Below are positions 30,577-40,811 of a DNA stretch of 64,000 nucleotides, piece by piece. The stretch's first letter is position 1. Each line of letters opens with the position of its first letter. A program made the position numbers and the translations under genes. The DNA lies in contig JAKASS010000004.1 of NCBI GenBank assembly GCA_021818905.1, forward strand, positions 25 to 64,024. Reading direction: 5' to 3'. This DNA is from Nanobdellota archaeon. GTDB lineage: Archaea; Nanobdellota; Nanobdellia; Parvarchaeales; Parvarchaeaceae. The notes below the pieces were generated by a model. The model did not search any database. It had not been told where the DNA came from and was given only the letters and a program-made list of their open reading frames with translations.

Positions 30577-32798
30577 AGATTAAATGCCTTTACTATTCTG
30601 CTGCCTTCTGGTGGCTTGCCTGATTCCTCCTTCAACTTGTTTACTATGTCATAATATTGGTCTATGGCGAGCGAAGTAAACTTAGCTTCTAGGATAGATT
30701 TGTCGTTCGTCTTATCTGAATAATCAGAGATCATCTGTAGGATGTCTCCTCTCGCTTGTATGTTGTCCAAAACGGCGTCCCAGTTTCCTGCCCAGCCTTC
30801 AACATTGGATGCGATTTCTTTTACTACATAGCTATTCCCTTCGAGGAGGTCGTTTGTAGGGACGAGCATATCAGTATTTATATCGTACTTTACAAGGTCT
30901 ACAAAACCGTTCTCATATTTAGGGTCTTCGTTCCAGTCCTTTCTTACTTCAGTTATGTTTAATATGCGTCTTTTCTCGCTAAGCCGGTCCATGCTCTTTA
31001 TCTTGTTCGCGGAGATTATCAAGTCTGTAGCCTTGAAGCTTGTCCTCGGTACGCCAAGATCGTTCACAACCCTGTCGAAAACGCCGTAAGGATTGTCGCC
31101 GTGTATTGTGCCCATAACTACATTTGAAAGAGCCCCTACACGCATAGCTTCATAAAGGGCCTTAGCCTCCGTGCTTCTTACCTCGCCTACTATCAGGGAG
31201 CTGTCGCCGAGCCTAAGCGTTGTTCTTATACCTTCCTCTGCGGACATTTCTGATTTCTCGCCTATTATTGCGCTCTGCACTTTCATTGAAAGCATGTCGT
31301 ACCCTAATTCAGTAAATGAGTCCGTCGGTATCTCAAGGGTGTCCTCTACAGTTATTACCCTGTATTTTTTCATCAGCAAAAGCATGAGCGCAGTAAGGAA
31401 AGAAGTCTTACCCGAACCCCTAGTACCACTTATAAGAACGGTCCTAGCTCCTTCTACGCAAAACCATAGCAAGCCCGCGGCAAATGGCGATATCATCTTG
31501 TTGTTTACGAACAATGGAATGGTCCATGGAGCTTCCCTATGCCTTCTGAATGCTATACTAAGCCCCCCCGGCGACAATGGTCTCTGCACTATGGCGACTC
31601 TAGCACGGATGTTTTCCGTCGTCAACTCGGTATCAAGGACCGGGTGTCCCTCGTCCAGAGATCTTCCGGATACAAGTCTAAACCTAGAAGCCCATGCATC
31701 GACTTCCTTTGCATTAGGGATGATGTTTGTTGAACACTCGCCATAAGTTATGTGCTTGACAAAAAGCGGCGACTTGCTTATCGGGGCATTTATATAAACG
31801 TCTTCCACTTTCGAATCCGAAAGTATGACTTCGGTCATCCCGAAACCTACGGTAAGCCTTACCAGTATCTTGGAAAGTTTTTCTATGTCCTTGAACCCTA
31901 GATTATATCTGTTCTTTTCGTTTATTTCGCTGACCATGTCCTTTCCTATGTTGAAGAATATTTCGCGCATCCTTATCGGGTCTGTGAATTCAGCTTCTTG
32001 TGGTTTGTAGTCTATCAGGGCGGTCCTCACTTGATCCAATATATTGTATTCATCCACATTCAGCAGAAGCTCCGGGGGCGCGAGATGGTAAAGATACTGA
32101 GAAACACCGGGCAGACGGTATATAGTGACTTCTGTATTATCGGAATCGCTGAGCTGGTAAGTTTCAACTTCTATCGCCGATAAAGGCGGCTCGGCCATTA
32201 TCCTGGTGTAAGTGAAATTTGGCCTTATTTGGGGCTTAAGCAAAGCCTTGTACGGCGACCTATCACCGATTTTGTAACCTAGAATGAACTGCGTGCTTTT
32301 TTGTACTACGGCAAGCGAACTTATGGTGTTCATAAGAGAATCAAATCTTGTTATAAATGCTGTAAGGCTTGGCGAAGGGTTGTTCTTTGCCCTGGCTTTT
32401 ATCTCCCTCTCTGCCCTTACTCCAAATACGTAAGCGCCTACCGGGTCTCTTTTGATCCTGTCAAATAAAATGTAATTAAAGAGAGATATATCGTCTGCCA
32501 AAGTCCGCTGCGTCTCTTCATCGAATGGCCCCGCTATTTCTGACTGGAACAGCGCTTTGTAATGGCCAGCAAGGTCGTTGAACAGGTCGACTGCGTCCTT
32601 TGTATAGATATAATTTCTATCACTTACGATTACTAGAGAAGTCACGCTGCCGGATTCTAATATCGCATTTACTATCTTTTCAAATATCTCCTCGTTGTCT
32701 TCCGGGTTTGGGTAAAGGACATTCAACGGAACTTTATAAGTTAATACGATCTCGCCTTCTTCTCTAGAAACGGTATAATCCTTCCCCTTTGCTTCCAT
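30555..32798 (-). CDS. Type II/IV secretion (FlaI/VirB11-like) ATPase
   Basis: Walker A GTRGSGKT, VEDTLE, LIVGEVR and GTIHG motifs. Confidence 0.92.
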   Translation of the reverse strand: MEAKGKDYTVSREEGEIVLTYKVPLNVLYPNPEDNEEIFEKIVNAILESGSVTSLVIVSDRNYIYTKDAVDLFNDLAGHYKALFQSEIAGPFDEETQRTLADDISLFNYILFDRIKRDPVGAYVFGVRAEREIKARAKNNPSPSLTAFITRFDSLMNTISSLAVVQKSTQFILGYKIGDRSPYKALLKPQIRPNFTYTRIMAEPPLSAIEVETYQLSDSDNTEVTIYRLPGVSQYLYHLAPPELLLNVDEYNILDQVRTALIDYKPQEAEFTDPIRMREIFFNIGKDMVSEINEKNRYNLGFKDIEKLSKILVRLTVGFGMTEVILSDSKVEDVYINAPISKSPLFVKHITYGECSTNIIPNAKEVDAWASRFRLVSGRSLDEGHPVLDTELTTENIRARVAIVQRPLSPGGLSIAFRRHREAPWTIPLFVNNKMISPFAAGLLWFCVEGARTVLISGTRGSGKTSFLTALMLLLMKKYRVITVEDTLEIPTDSFTELGYDMLSMKVQSAIIGEKSEMSAEEGIRTTLRLGDSSLIVGEVRSTEAKALYEAMRVGALSNVVMGTIHGDNPYGVFDRVVNDLGVPRTSFKATDLIISANKIKSMDRLSEKRRILNITEVRKDWNEDPKYENGFVDLVKYDINTDMLVPTNDLLEGNSYVVKEIASNVEGWAGNWDAVLDNIQARGDILQMISDYSDKTNDKSILEAKFTSLAIDQYYDIVNKLKEESGKPPEGSRIVKAFNLWMKGRK

Positions 32799-32862
32799 AT
32801 CAATCTAAGCCCAAAATTCGCGCTTTATATTCATTCTATTAGATTTTAATAATAAATATACT

Positions 32863-35304
32863 TCAAAACGGTGTAGCTCTACGTCGCGACCTTGTTTTTC
32901 GCCTATGCTTCAGCTCCTCGTATGCCCCGAATAATACAAGAATCACGCTTATTACGCCTATTATCAGGTATATCTGATAAATAAAGGGCGTTATATTAAG
33001 AGTCTGAGTTGAACCAGACAGGCCTTGGTATTCATAATCGCTTCCATAAGCGCTGACGGAGATATTATAGCCAGAATCTGGTACATCTACGAAAGTTACC
33101 ACCCCTGCGATGCCAGTCGAATTTTTCAGGGAAAGATTGTCATAAGCGAATGTTACGCCCGCTGAAATTATAGGGATCCCAAGGTACAAATCCAGTGAAA
33201 TGCTAATGTTAGAAACTGGCAGGGTTATATTCTGACTGCTATTTGAAGGCGAAAGATAAACCGGGGATTTTAAAACGTTGAAACCATTGCCAGCCAGCAC
33301 TATCTTTTGTATGGAAAAGTCGCTATCCGACTGTGCCCACACGGTATTGTTGTAAAATGCGCTGTTCGCACCTGTAGTCCTTATAGAAATCTCTGTCGCT
33401 GAAACGGCCCTCTGGTCAGAAGAAAGTAGATTGATGTAATATTTTGATTGTTCAACGAATTGAACTGTTATTGATCGTGCGACAAGCTGGCTTGCGTTGT
33501 ATGATATGTATCTAGAATTACCTACATAATACGGACTCCCGCTATAATTAATAACGGTATCCGGTATGCTCAATATGTCTCCTCCGTTCTTAACCTCGGA
33601 AAGATACGTTGATGTCGTATTTGAGAGAGGCACGTAATAAAGATATGACACCAAAAGATTTGCCCCCGCGGGGGCGCCAGCCAAGCTGAAAGTTGTAAAC
33701 GTTCCCTTGTTCCAAACAAAGGTCAAATTAAGCGGCGCGTCTACCGCCAAAGACCCCGAGGCCCGATAAATCGTTGGACCGTTGTCCACGCTATAGCCTG
33801 AAAGGGAATAGCTTTTATTCTCATAGGTCAGATTCAGGAGCGATGAGACCTGTAAAGTGCTGCCTTCGTTTAAAAATTCACTTGTATTAGTGTAGCCGCC
33901 AACATCGAATTCATTAACTTTATATTGGGTGTTAAAGTCTGCTGTTACTGTCCCAGAACTAGTTACTGAAAAACTTGTTGGGTCACTTGTTGAATTGACT
34001 TCTCCAGAAAACGACGCAAATACGTATCTAGTAGTAGAACTTGAGTTTACGGCGCTATATACTCTTAAGGATACCGTCTCGCCAAAACTAAAGTTTACTG
34101 CGGTCGAAGAGGTATAATTAATCCCATTTATGTTGAAAACCGTACCTTGCGAATCAGAGGTAAAGTATATTTGATAAGCCGTTTTTGACAAGACCTGCAC
34201 AAGTTCGTACGCCTTTGGAGTACCTATACCTGTTACCATGTTGTAACTACCATTTGCCGAATAAACGTCGTTGCTGCCACCGTCTATAAAATTGAATGTA
34301 AGACTTCCCTCATCGTAGTAAGCTGAATATAAACTATCCAAAGAAAGCGCTCCGATGCCCCCAGATTCTTGATTGACGAGCGCATCCAGGGCTGCCCATG
34401 CCGGCGCGGCTATGCTCGTACCGTAATAAGCGCCCCATCTAGAATCTACATAAGCGCATATTTGTGTGCCTGCATTAAAAGAAACGTCCGGAATCATCCT
34501 ATTTGAACTTAAATCGGGCTGCGCTGCCGGCCTGGGAAAGAATTTACTTTCTCCGCCGCCGCTCCCGTTCCATGCCGTCTCGCCTTGATAATCGCCATTG
34601 CTTCCGACAGACAAAACGGTGCCGCCGACCCCTATTACATACGGACTAGACGCAGGAAAGTTCACATTGGGAGTATTAAGCCCATTATAAGCGCCGGTAT
34701 CTCCGGATGCCGCAAATACAGATATTCTCCTTTGAGATGCCGCTGCGAAAACGCCATCTAACTGATTTATTTGAGCGGAACTGTAGGGTGCTTCTGAAGA
34801 ACCCCAGCTTAAAGATATCGTTCCGACTGGAAGATTGTAGACAGTATAATTTATAGCATTGAAAAGCCATGATTCATTTGGGGCTATAACCAAATATATG
34901 TTCGCGCCAGTCGCAAGAGAATGCGCGACTTCCACGTCTAAAGCCGTTTCGGAAGTCCAATTCTTGGATTGATCATTCGGCTGGCCAAATGGATATACGA
35001 GGAAGAGGTTTGAGCCGTTGGTCAATGCCGGGAGACCATATTCGGAATCAAACGCGTTCACATCTGACAGCAGGTTCGGGTCGCCATCAGCAACGACTAT
35101 CGCAATGCTCTCCCCTTTTCCAGTTGTGCCCTGTGAATACAGCGAAGTAAAACCATAAGCAGTTTGTATCTGAGAAGGGGTTAGGTCGCTGCAAATACCG
35201 CCCTGCAATGGTGCGTAAGCCATGTTTAGGTTGATTGCTGCGTGCGAAGTCCCGAAAGATAATGCCAATAAGACAAAAATCAAAACTAAAAGCGTTTTCC
35301 CCAT
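32863..35304 (-). CDS. Membrane-anchored S53 (sedolisin/kumamolisin) peptidase
   Basis: Signal peptide; ETALDVE, ASGDTG and GTS catalytic motifs; C-terminal TM with basic tail. Confidence 0.9.
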   Translation of the reverse strand: MGKTLLVLIFVLLALSFGTSHAAINLNMAYAPLQGGICSDLTPSQIQTAYGFTSLYSQGTTGKGESIAIVVADGDPNLLSDVNAFDSEYGLPALTNGSNLFLVYPFGQPNDQSKNWTSETALDVEVAHSLATGANIYLVIAPNESWLFNAINYTVYNLPVGTISLSWGSSEAPYSSAQINQLDGVFAAASQRRISVFAASGDTGAYNGLNTPNVNFPASSPYVIGVGGTVLSVGSNGDYQGETAWNGSGGGESKFFPRPAAQPDLSSNRMIPDVSFNAGTQICAYVDSRWGAYYGTSIAAPAWAALDALVNQESGGIGALSLDSLYSAYYDEGSLTFNFIDGGSNDVYSANGSYNMVTGIGTPKAYELVQVLSKTAYQIYFTSDSQGTVFNINGINYTSSTAVNFSFGETVSLRVYSAVNSSSTTRYVFASFSGEVNSTSDPTSFSVTSSGTVTADFNTQYKVNEFDVGGYTNTSEFLNEGSTLQVSSLLNLTYENKSYSLSGYSVDNGPTIYRASGSLAVDAPLNLTFVWNKGTFTTFSLAGAPAGANLLVSYLYYVPLSNTTSTYLSEVKNGGDILSIPDTVINYSGSPYYVGNSRYISYNASQLVARSITVQFVEQSKYYINLLSSDQRAVSATEISIRTTGANSAFYNNTVWAQSDSDFSIQKIVLAGNGFNVLKSPVYLSPSNSSQNITLPVSNISISLDLYLGIPIISAGVTFAYDNLSLKNSTGIAGVVTFVDVPDSGYNISVSAYGSDYEYQGLSGSTQTLNITPFIYQIYLIIGVISVILVLFGAYEELKHRRKTRSRRRATPF

Positions 35305-35396
35305 AAAAACATAAAGTATCGCCGCTTTAAATTATGTCGTTTTGTCGGATAAAGTATCTAGAAAAAGTTAAATACTATACATTTTAATATAACTGA

Positions 35397-35690
35397 ATGA
35401 AATTACCAGCGCAGGTAAAAAGGTACTGCCCATATTGTAAGATGCATACTATACAGAAAGTAATACAAATCAAAGGCGGCCAAAGAGGTACGCTTACTGC
35501 GGGAAGCAGAAGAAAGGGATGGAATCTAAATCACGGATACGGGTCCACTCCGTACCCCATGTTTGAGCACGCAAAGCGTCTTGGCATAAAGCAATCCAAA
35601 AGATACGATTTAAGATATAAATGCACTAAATGCAATAAAATGACTACTCAATCTAGGGGCAATAAAGCCAAGAAACTTGAGATAAAATAA
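35397..35690 (+). CDS. rpl44e: 50S ribosomal protein L44e (eL42)
   Basis: YCPYCKMHT and LRYKCTKCNK zinc motifs. Confidence 0.92.
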   Translation: MKLPAQVKRYCPYCKMHTIQKVIQIKGGQRGTLTAGSRRKGWNLNHGYGSTPYPMFEHAKRLGIKQSKRYDLRYKCTKCNKMTTQSRGNKAKKLEIK

Positions 35691-35693
35691 ATT

Positions 35694-35885
35694 ATGGATG
35701 AGATAATATTCAAACAGACAGAAAGCAACTTCGTCAAAGTAAGGTGCCAGAAGTGCAAGAACGAACAGGTCATCTTCACCAAGCCGGCTTCTACTGTAAA
35801 ATGCTTGGTCTGCGAGGAAGTTCTAGCAAAATCGACTGGCGGAAAAGCGAATATAGTCGCAGAAGTTATAGAGAATTATTCCTAA
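35694..35885 (+). CDS. rps27e: 30S ribosomal protein S27e
   Basis: FVKVRCQKCKNEQ...CLVC...STGGKA. Confidence 0.95.
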   Translation: MDEIIFKQTESNFVKVRCQKCKNEQVIFTKPASTVKCLVCEEVLAKSTGGKANIVAEVIENYS

Positions 35886-35913
35886 TAAACCGCGGCCACG
35901 AATGCCCGTTAAT

Positions 35914-36342
35914 TTATAAAATTGCGACCATTGGACCGTCGTAGACCATATTTATTTTATCGGTTTTAACATCATATAGGGCTAGGCCGGTGTGCTCTAT
36001 TCTGTGATGCTCCAGATTTGGGTCTATGATGAACCCTCTAGCGTCACCTTCATATTCGACTAAATCCTTGCGTCGCGCATCAAATACCGTTTGTATACTC
36101 CAAGTAGATCTGTTTCTTTGCACGAAAGAAAGGTTTGCATACCTAAGGGCAGGCACATACGCGGTTATTCTAGGGTCATTGGGGCCATAAGCCAAGAATC
36201 TCGGGGTTTCCATGCGTATCTCTCCCGGTCCTAAGATAGCTTCCATCCTGCCTTTCCAAGTAGCTTTGAGTTCCCTTATCCGGTCAGTTTCTACGCCCAA
36301 GCGTTCTGCCAAACCGGAAAGCAATGAATTTTTTAATTGCAT
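35914..36342 (-). CDS. Hypothetical protein
   Basis: 142-aa ORF; no recognised motif. Confidence 0.55.
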   Translation of the reverse strand: MQLKNSLLSGLAERLGVETDRIRELKATWKGRMEAILGPGEIRMETPRFLAYGPNDPRITAYVPALRYANLSFVQRNRSTWSIQTVFDARRKDLVEYEGDARGFIIDPNLEHHRIEHTGLALYDVKTDKINMVYDGPMVAIL

Positions 36343-36395
36343 TCTATATTTAGAACGATAAAGTATTAAAACCTTTAAAGGTATAAATTACCGCT

Positions 36396-36950
36396 TTGAC
36401 AAGAATATTTATGGACGCATACGAAGCGATGAAAAACAGGCAAACGACATATTCATTTTCTAATAAACCGCTCAAAGAGGACGTAGTCATAAAATTATTG
36501 GATGCCGGCAGACTTGCCCCGGCGGCCGGTGGCATACACGAATGCGAATTTGTAGTGGTTACCGAACAACCAAAGAAAGACGAACTAAGCAAGATATGCC
36601 TCACTCCTATGATAAATACGGCGCCATTCATCGTCGTTGTTTTATGCAACCCACAAAAACTTAGAGCCACCTTCGGAGATGAAGGTGATGTCTACTGCGT
36701 AGAGAACGCTGCGCTGATCATAGAGAATGTAATTTTATACGCAGCCGAACTTGGGATAGGAAGTGCCTGGATTGCTACCGTGCAACAGGAAGAAGTCAAA
36801 AAACTTTTACAGATACCAGAAAATTATGTCGTAAGGGGCATAATCCCGGTAGGTTATCCTTCAAAGGAAGGTTTGAATTCTACTCCAGCTATGCTGCCGA
36901 GACTCGAAGAGATAACCCATATAGAAAGCTTTAATAACAAGCCGGCATAA
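36396..36950 (+). CDS. Nitroreductase family protein (likely start ATG 36411)
   Basis: AGRLAPAAG and LYAAELGIGSAWI motifs. Confidence 0.88.
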   Translation: MTRIFMDAYEAMKNRQTTYSFSNKPLKEDVVIKLLDAGRLAPAAGGIHECEFVVVTEQPKKDELSKICLTPMINTAPFIVVVLCNPQKLRATFGDEGDVYCVENAALIIENVILYAAELGIGSAWIATVQQEEVKKLLQIPENYVVRGIIPVGYPSKEGLNSTPAMLPRLEEITHIESFNNKPA

Positions 36951-36962
36951 TAAATAAAGATT

Positions 36963-37127
36963 ATGTTCAACAAAAAAGGCCAGGCAAGAATGCCCTCATC
37001 ATTTGGTGGGTTGGTGCAGTATTACTCTGAATACAAAAGCAAGATAACTTTGAAGCCAGAGTATGTAATAGTGTTAGGGATCGTCCTAGTCACTATAGTA
37101 GTTGTCTTAGAAGCAGCATTTGGATAA
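36963..37127 (+). CDS. secG: Preprotein translocase subunit Sec61beta (not in the ORF track)
   Basis: MFNKKGQARMPSSFGGLVQYYSEYKSKITLKPEYVIVLGIVLVTIVVVLEAAFG*. Confidence 0.88.
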   Translation: MFNKKGQARMPSSFGGLVQYYSEYKSKITLKPEYVIVLGIVLVTIVVVLEAAFG

Positions 37128-37255
37128 ACAAAAAATAAAAGATGGCTTTTATGTCCGAGTACTCACAAAAACCATCTTTTAATTTAATAATTAAATTGAA
37201 TTTTATCTATTAAAAAACTCTCTGGAAACTATTGGAAACTATCCTTAGCTCATTT

Positions 37256-37585
37256 TTAAGGTTTTTTCGATAGAAACGTTTCTAAATCCTCTCCGTCGGT
37301 TTTTGAAACTATGCTTTGAGGAGACATTACCCTCGTTACATTTCTTCCGAAGTCGACTACAAGCATAAAAGGAAATCCTTCGTAATTTTTGTCTTCGTAG
37401 CCGTAATAATAAAATCTGTCTCTACTCGTGGATTTTATCTGAAAGAATATGCAATGCCCGTTCTTGAATGCTATAAGGTCATATTCTCCGAGGCTGCCGC
37501 CTGCTCTAATCACTTTCCAGCCGCGTTCAATCAGAATAAGTTTTACTTTTCTTTCTATTCTATAGCCCTTTACTTTATTTAGCAT
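37256..37585 (-). CDS. hjc: Hjc-like Holliday junction resolvase
   Basis: KGYRIER, RAGGS, DLIA and QIKST (PD-(D/E)xK). Confidence 0.75.
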   Translation of the reverse strand: MLNKVKGYRIERKVKLILIERGWKVIRAGGSLGEYDLIAFKNGHCIFFQIKSTSRDRFYYYGYEDKNYEGFPFMLVVDFGRNVTRVMSPQSIVSKTDGEDLETFLSKKP

Positions 37586-37586
37586 G

Positions 37587-38555
37587 CTAAATTCTTTTTA
37601 TTTTGTTGGTCTTGCCTAGAGATTGAAGTCTAATTAGCCTGAACCTAGAAAGCTTTGAAAGTATCTTGCTCATCTTAGATTTGGAGAAACCGCTCGCTGC
37701 TATAAGGTCTTTTTGCGCGGTAGATTTACCCGGCTTTATCATCTTAAGAACTTTGCTTTCATCGTCATTCAATAATTTTATAAACGGATTTAGTCTTTTT
37801 GGGGACACAGCTGGCACGGTGGACCAATGTTTAGATCTCATCAATATTATCAAAGCTATAATTATTCCTATTACGACTATGCCCGCAATAAAATACGAAG
37901 TAGCCGGTTGAGATGCCGGCGCAGGAAAACTTGCCGAATATGAAACCGTGAAGAACCATTCGCCGGGCGTGTTGAAAGAGGCCCAACTAACTTCCTTGTT
38001 ATTGCCTGTTAAGTTTGATACTGCATATTTAGGATTGTACGATATTAAACCGGCGCCCGAAGGTAATACTATAATCGTTCTAAGCAGTGTCGGGCTAAAG
38101 GCTATGAATGTAAACGTCGAATTAAACTGTGAACTCTCGGTATAACTTGTCGTAAATGAATAAGATAATGTAAAAATGTCTGCGCTATTTACGTTGGGTA
38201 TTTCAAGTATGGTACAAGTTCGGGATAAATTTAGCGTCGTACATTGAGAGGATGGTATCTCGCTGAAAGTATAAGGCTGACCAGTCAGGAACAATTTTAT
38301 GTCTGCTGCATAATCTGGCAGCGTCAGGTTTATTTCCCCGCTTCCATTGTAATTAAACGTATATTCCACGCTGGAGGTAGCCGATGTTTGGGATTGCTGT
38401 GTTATTGTATTTGTTATGTTTACGTAAGCTACTCCTGCGCCACTGACCCCTGCCGGTAAACTAGAAGCGAATGAATTTTCTACGCTCCCGTGACTTAAGC
38501 CTAGAAAAAGAAAAAGCGACGCTATTACAACGAAAATAATCACTCGGGTTTTCAT
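37587..38555 (-). CDS. Membrane protein with extracellular domain and C-terminal wHTH (COG2512-like)
   Basis: Signal peptide, Ser/Thr-rich domain, TM helix, then QKDLIAASGFSKSKMSKIL HTH. Confidence 0.7.
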   Translation of the reverse strand: MKTRVIIFVVIASLFLFLGLSHGSVENSFASSLPAGVSGAGVAYVNITNTITQQSQTSATSSVEYTFNYNGSGEINLTLPDYAADIKLFLTGQPYTFSEIPSSQCTTLNLSRTCTILEIPNVNSADIFTLSYSFTTSYTESSQFNSTFTFIAFSPTLLRTIIVLPSGAGLISYNPKYAVSNLTGNNKEVSWASFNTPGEWFFTVSYSASFPAPASQPATSYFIAGIVVIGIIIALIILMRSKHWSTVPAVSPKRLNPFIKLLNDDESKVLKMIKPGKSTAQKDLIAASGFSKSKMSKILSKLSRFRLIRLQSLGKTNKIKRI

Positions 38556-38625
38556 ACGTTATTATACAAAACGTTGATATAAATGTGTTTTTGGTGGCTG
38601 CTATAATAGAACTAGCTATTCACAA

Positions 38626-39543
38626 CTATGTCAAAGGGTTATGGCTCTGTAGAAATCCTATGATAATAATATAAGCAAGCTGTATGAATCGCCGGATGTC
38701 GTAGATTACGTCGATCACCTTCACTTCCTTTATCTTGTTCCAATGCAGCCTGCTGCCCAAGGTGGAGCCGAACTTCCTCTTCTCCACGGAGTTGACAGTC
38801 TCCACAAGGCTTCGTTTGTGGTACTCGTCGAGTGGAAAGTCCGTCTTCATCAGCTTTCTCCATCTTCCCCTGGTCTTCCATACGGGAACGTCTTCATTCC
38901 TTGCAGGAATGATAGATCCTGCGTGGAGCTTCTCCCTTGAAAATTGGTGATTTCTCTCCGGATCGTATCCTTTATCGGCCAGTATCCTATCGATCTTTAC
39001 TATTTCAGCGGCTTTCTTCATGAGTGGTCTGAAGGTCTTATTGTCGCTTTCATATCTTCGGTTGGAGGAAGAAGCGGCTATCGCTTTCGTCTTCGGGTCT
39101 ACGACGATGGAATGCTTGGTAAACTCACTTATACGCCGTTCTTCGCCTATTCTCCACAAGTAATGGTAGGAAGCATTGCGTTCGTCGTATCCGGTGGAGT
39201 CTATCGCTGCGTCCATCCTTCCTATCCCGAACAGTCCGAACGCCAAGGACAGCATCGCATCCCATACTCGCATCGGTATCCGTTTGAAGAACTTCTGCAG
39301 TGTCGTATAATGGGGGACATTATCGAAGTCAAACAACCCTTTAAGCTCTTCCAGCTCGTCTACGACGTCCCGATAAGGCTTTCTCTCGTGTCTCATCAGG
39401 CAGATGCAGGCTGCCAGCTGTGGCTGCGTGTACGTCTTCTTGGAGAACTTGTTCGAGAAGGGCGACAACGCTCTCCCCGCTACGCCCAATACGATGGACG
39501 CAAATCTTTTATAGTAAGACTCCCTTCTCTTTTTCATAAGCAC
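38626..39543 (-). CDS. IS5-family DDE transposase (reads through the TIR)
   Basis: AIDSTG, LADKGYD and YHKRSLVETVNSVEKR motifs. Confidence 0.92.
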   Translation of the reverse strand: MLMKKRRESYYKRFASIVLGVAGRALSPFSNKFSKKTYTQPQLAACICLMRHERKPYRDVVDELEELKGLFDFDNVPHYTTLQKFFKRIPMRVWDAMLSLAFGLFGIGRMDAAIDSTGYDERNASYHYLWRIGEERRISEFTKHSIVVDPKTKAIAASSSNRRYESDNKTFRPLMKKAAEIVKIDRILADKGYDPERNHQFSREKLHAGSIIPARNEDVPVWKTRGRWRKLMKTDFPLDEYHKRSLVETVNSVEKRKFGSTLGSRLHWNKIKEVKVIDVIYDIRRFIQLAYIIIIGFLQSHNPLT

Positions 39544-39608
39544 CTCTTTTTTGTTTATTTCCTATAATCATCAAGGAGGTGCTTACTTTAGAGGATTTCT
39601 ACAGAGCC
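38643..39608 (-). mobile_element. IS5-family insertion sequence (966 bp)
   Basis: Perfect 16-bp TIRs at 38643-38658 and 39593-39608 around a DDE transposase. Confidence 0.92.
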
Positions 39609-39617
39609 CAAAAAATA

Positions 39618-40741
39618 TATTCCGTTGCATAACTCAGTGATGACCTTATAGCTCATCATAGTGATCCTCCTTTCTTTGCGTCGTCGACGCGTCTGCATCA
39701 GATCTTCAACAACGAGTTATACAACAGCAGCTTCAGGGTCATCTCGTTCTTCACCTTCTTCCATACGCGGGAAGAAGCGTGGCTCCCGTATACCCGTTTG
39801 AAGGCGGAGAAGAACGATTCAATCAGCCATCTTCTGCCGTATCCGACCTTCTCCTTCCATTTCTTCTGGTAGTAGCGCATCACTTCACGTTCATTGAAGA
39901 GTACGGTGCCATCGGTGACGGGAGGATGCTTCCTCTCAAGATGACCGTGGGGAAGCAGGCTGAACTGCTCCATCACCGCCTTCTTCCTAGGAAGACAGCC
40001 CGGGGCGGTGGGAGAGGCGGTCTGTCTTATCTTTATCCCGGACCGTATGCCGTGCTTATCAAGGAATGAAAAGTTATCCTTCGCATCGTAGGCTCCGTCG
40101 GCGTAGACGGTATCGCCCCTTCTTGCGGCTTCCCTGATCATGGCAAGGGACTTCCTGTTGTCGGCCACGTGCTCGGAAGTCAGCCTAAAGTCCACGATCT
40201 CCATCTCCTCCACGTCTATCATCGCGTGCAGCTTGTGGAACTTAGGCTTGGAACCATACCTGGAATCCCTATATCCTCCGCGATCGGAGACGGATATCCC
40301 CGTGGCGTCTATGGCGAGGAGCCTGCCTTTCCTTTCGCTTTTGGTGACCGTCCATTCGAGTCTTATCGTGGATAACCTTCTGTCTATAGTGGTATGGTCG
40401 GGAGAATAGCCATACATCCTTCTCACTAAAGCTTCGGTCTGCCTTAGCTTTGGGCAGAAACAGGACCTGAAGAAGCTTATCGCCATTATCAGGTCGTCCG
40501 AATAAAGGAAAGGCCTTCCTTCCTTTCCTTTATTCATCACGGTAAGTCTTTGCGGTTCTTTATGCAAAACGCGATCTATTTTAGCTATCACCGTCTCAGA
40601 TCTTCGTTGGAGGCTGTCCTTCTTTTCCATGTTTTTCACCTGGTTTGAAGGATCTCCTCCACAAAGATCCTTTTTTTAGCTTGTTAGAAGCCATATCCTT
40701 GTAGATACGGCTATTCTATTAATGAGTTATGCAACCGAATA
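39618..40741 (-). mobile_element. Second IS5-family (IS903-like) element nested in the cargo
   Basis: 19-bp TIRs TATTC(C/G)GTTGCATAACTCA (1 mismatch) at 39618-39636 and 40723-40741; no clear TSD. Confidence 0.85.
39698..40639 (-). CDS. IS5/IS903-like DDE transposase
   Basis: AIDATG, YADGAYD and GYGRRWLIESFFSAFKR motifs. Confidence 0.92.
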   Translation of the reverse strand: MKNMEKKDSLQRRSETVIAKIDRVLHKEPQRLTVMNKGKEGRPFLYSDDLIMAISFFRSCFCPKLRQTEALVRRMYGYSPDHTTIDRRLSTIRLEWTVTKSERKGRLLAIDATGISVSDRGGYRDSRYGSKPKFHKLHAMIDVEEMEIVDFRLTSEHVADNRKSLAMIREAARRGDTVYADGAYDAKDNFSFLDKHGIRSGIKIRQTASPTAPGCLPRKKAVMEQFSLLPHGHLERKHPPVTDGTVLFNEREVMRYYQKKWKEKVGYGRRWLIESFFSAFKRVYGSHASSRVWKKVKNEMTLKLLLYNSLLKI

Positions 40742-40811
40742 CGAAGCGATAAAAGCTTTATATATTAGTTCACTTCATAGGAACAATTAAACTAAGGAGG
40801 TTTAACGAATT

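Noticed and set aside
36963..36990. KKGQ class III (pilin) signal motif
   Set aside because: Not followed by a hydrophobic helix; the protein matches Sec61beta
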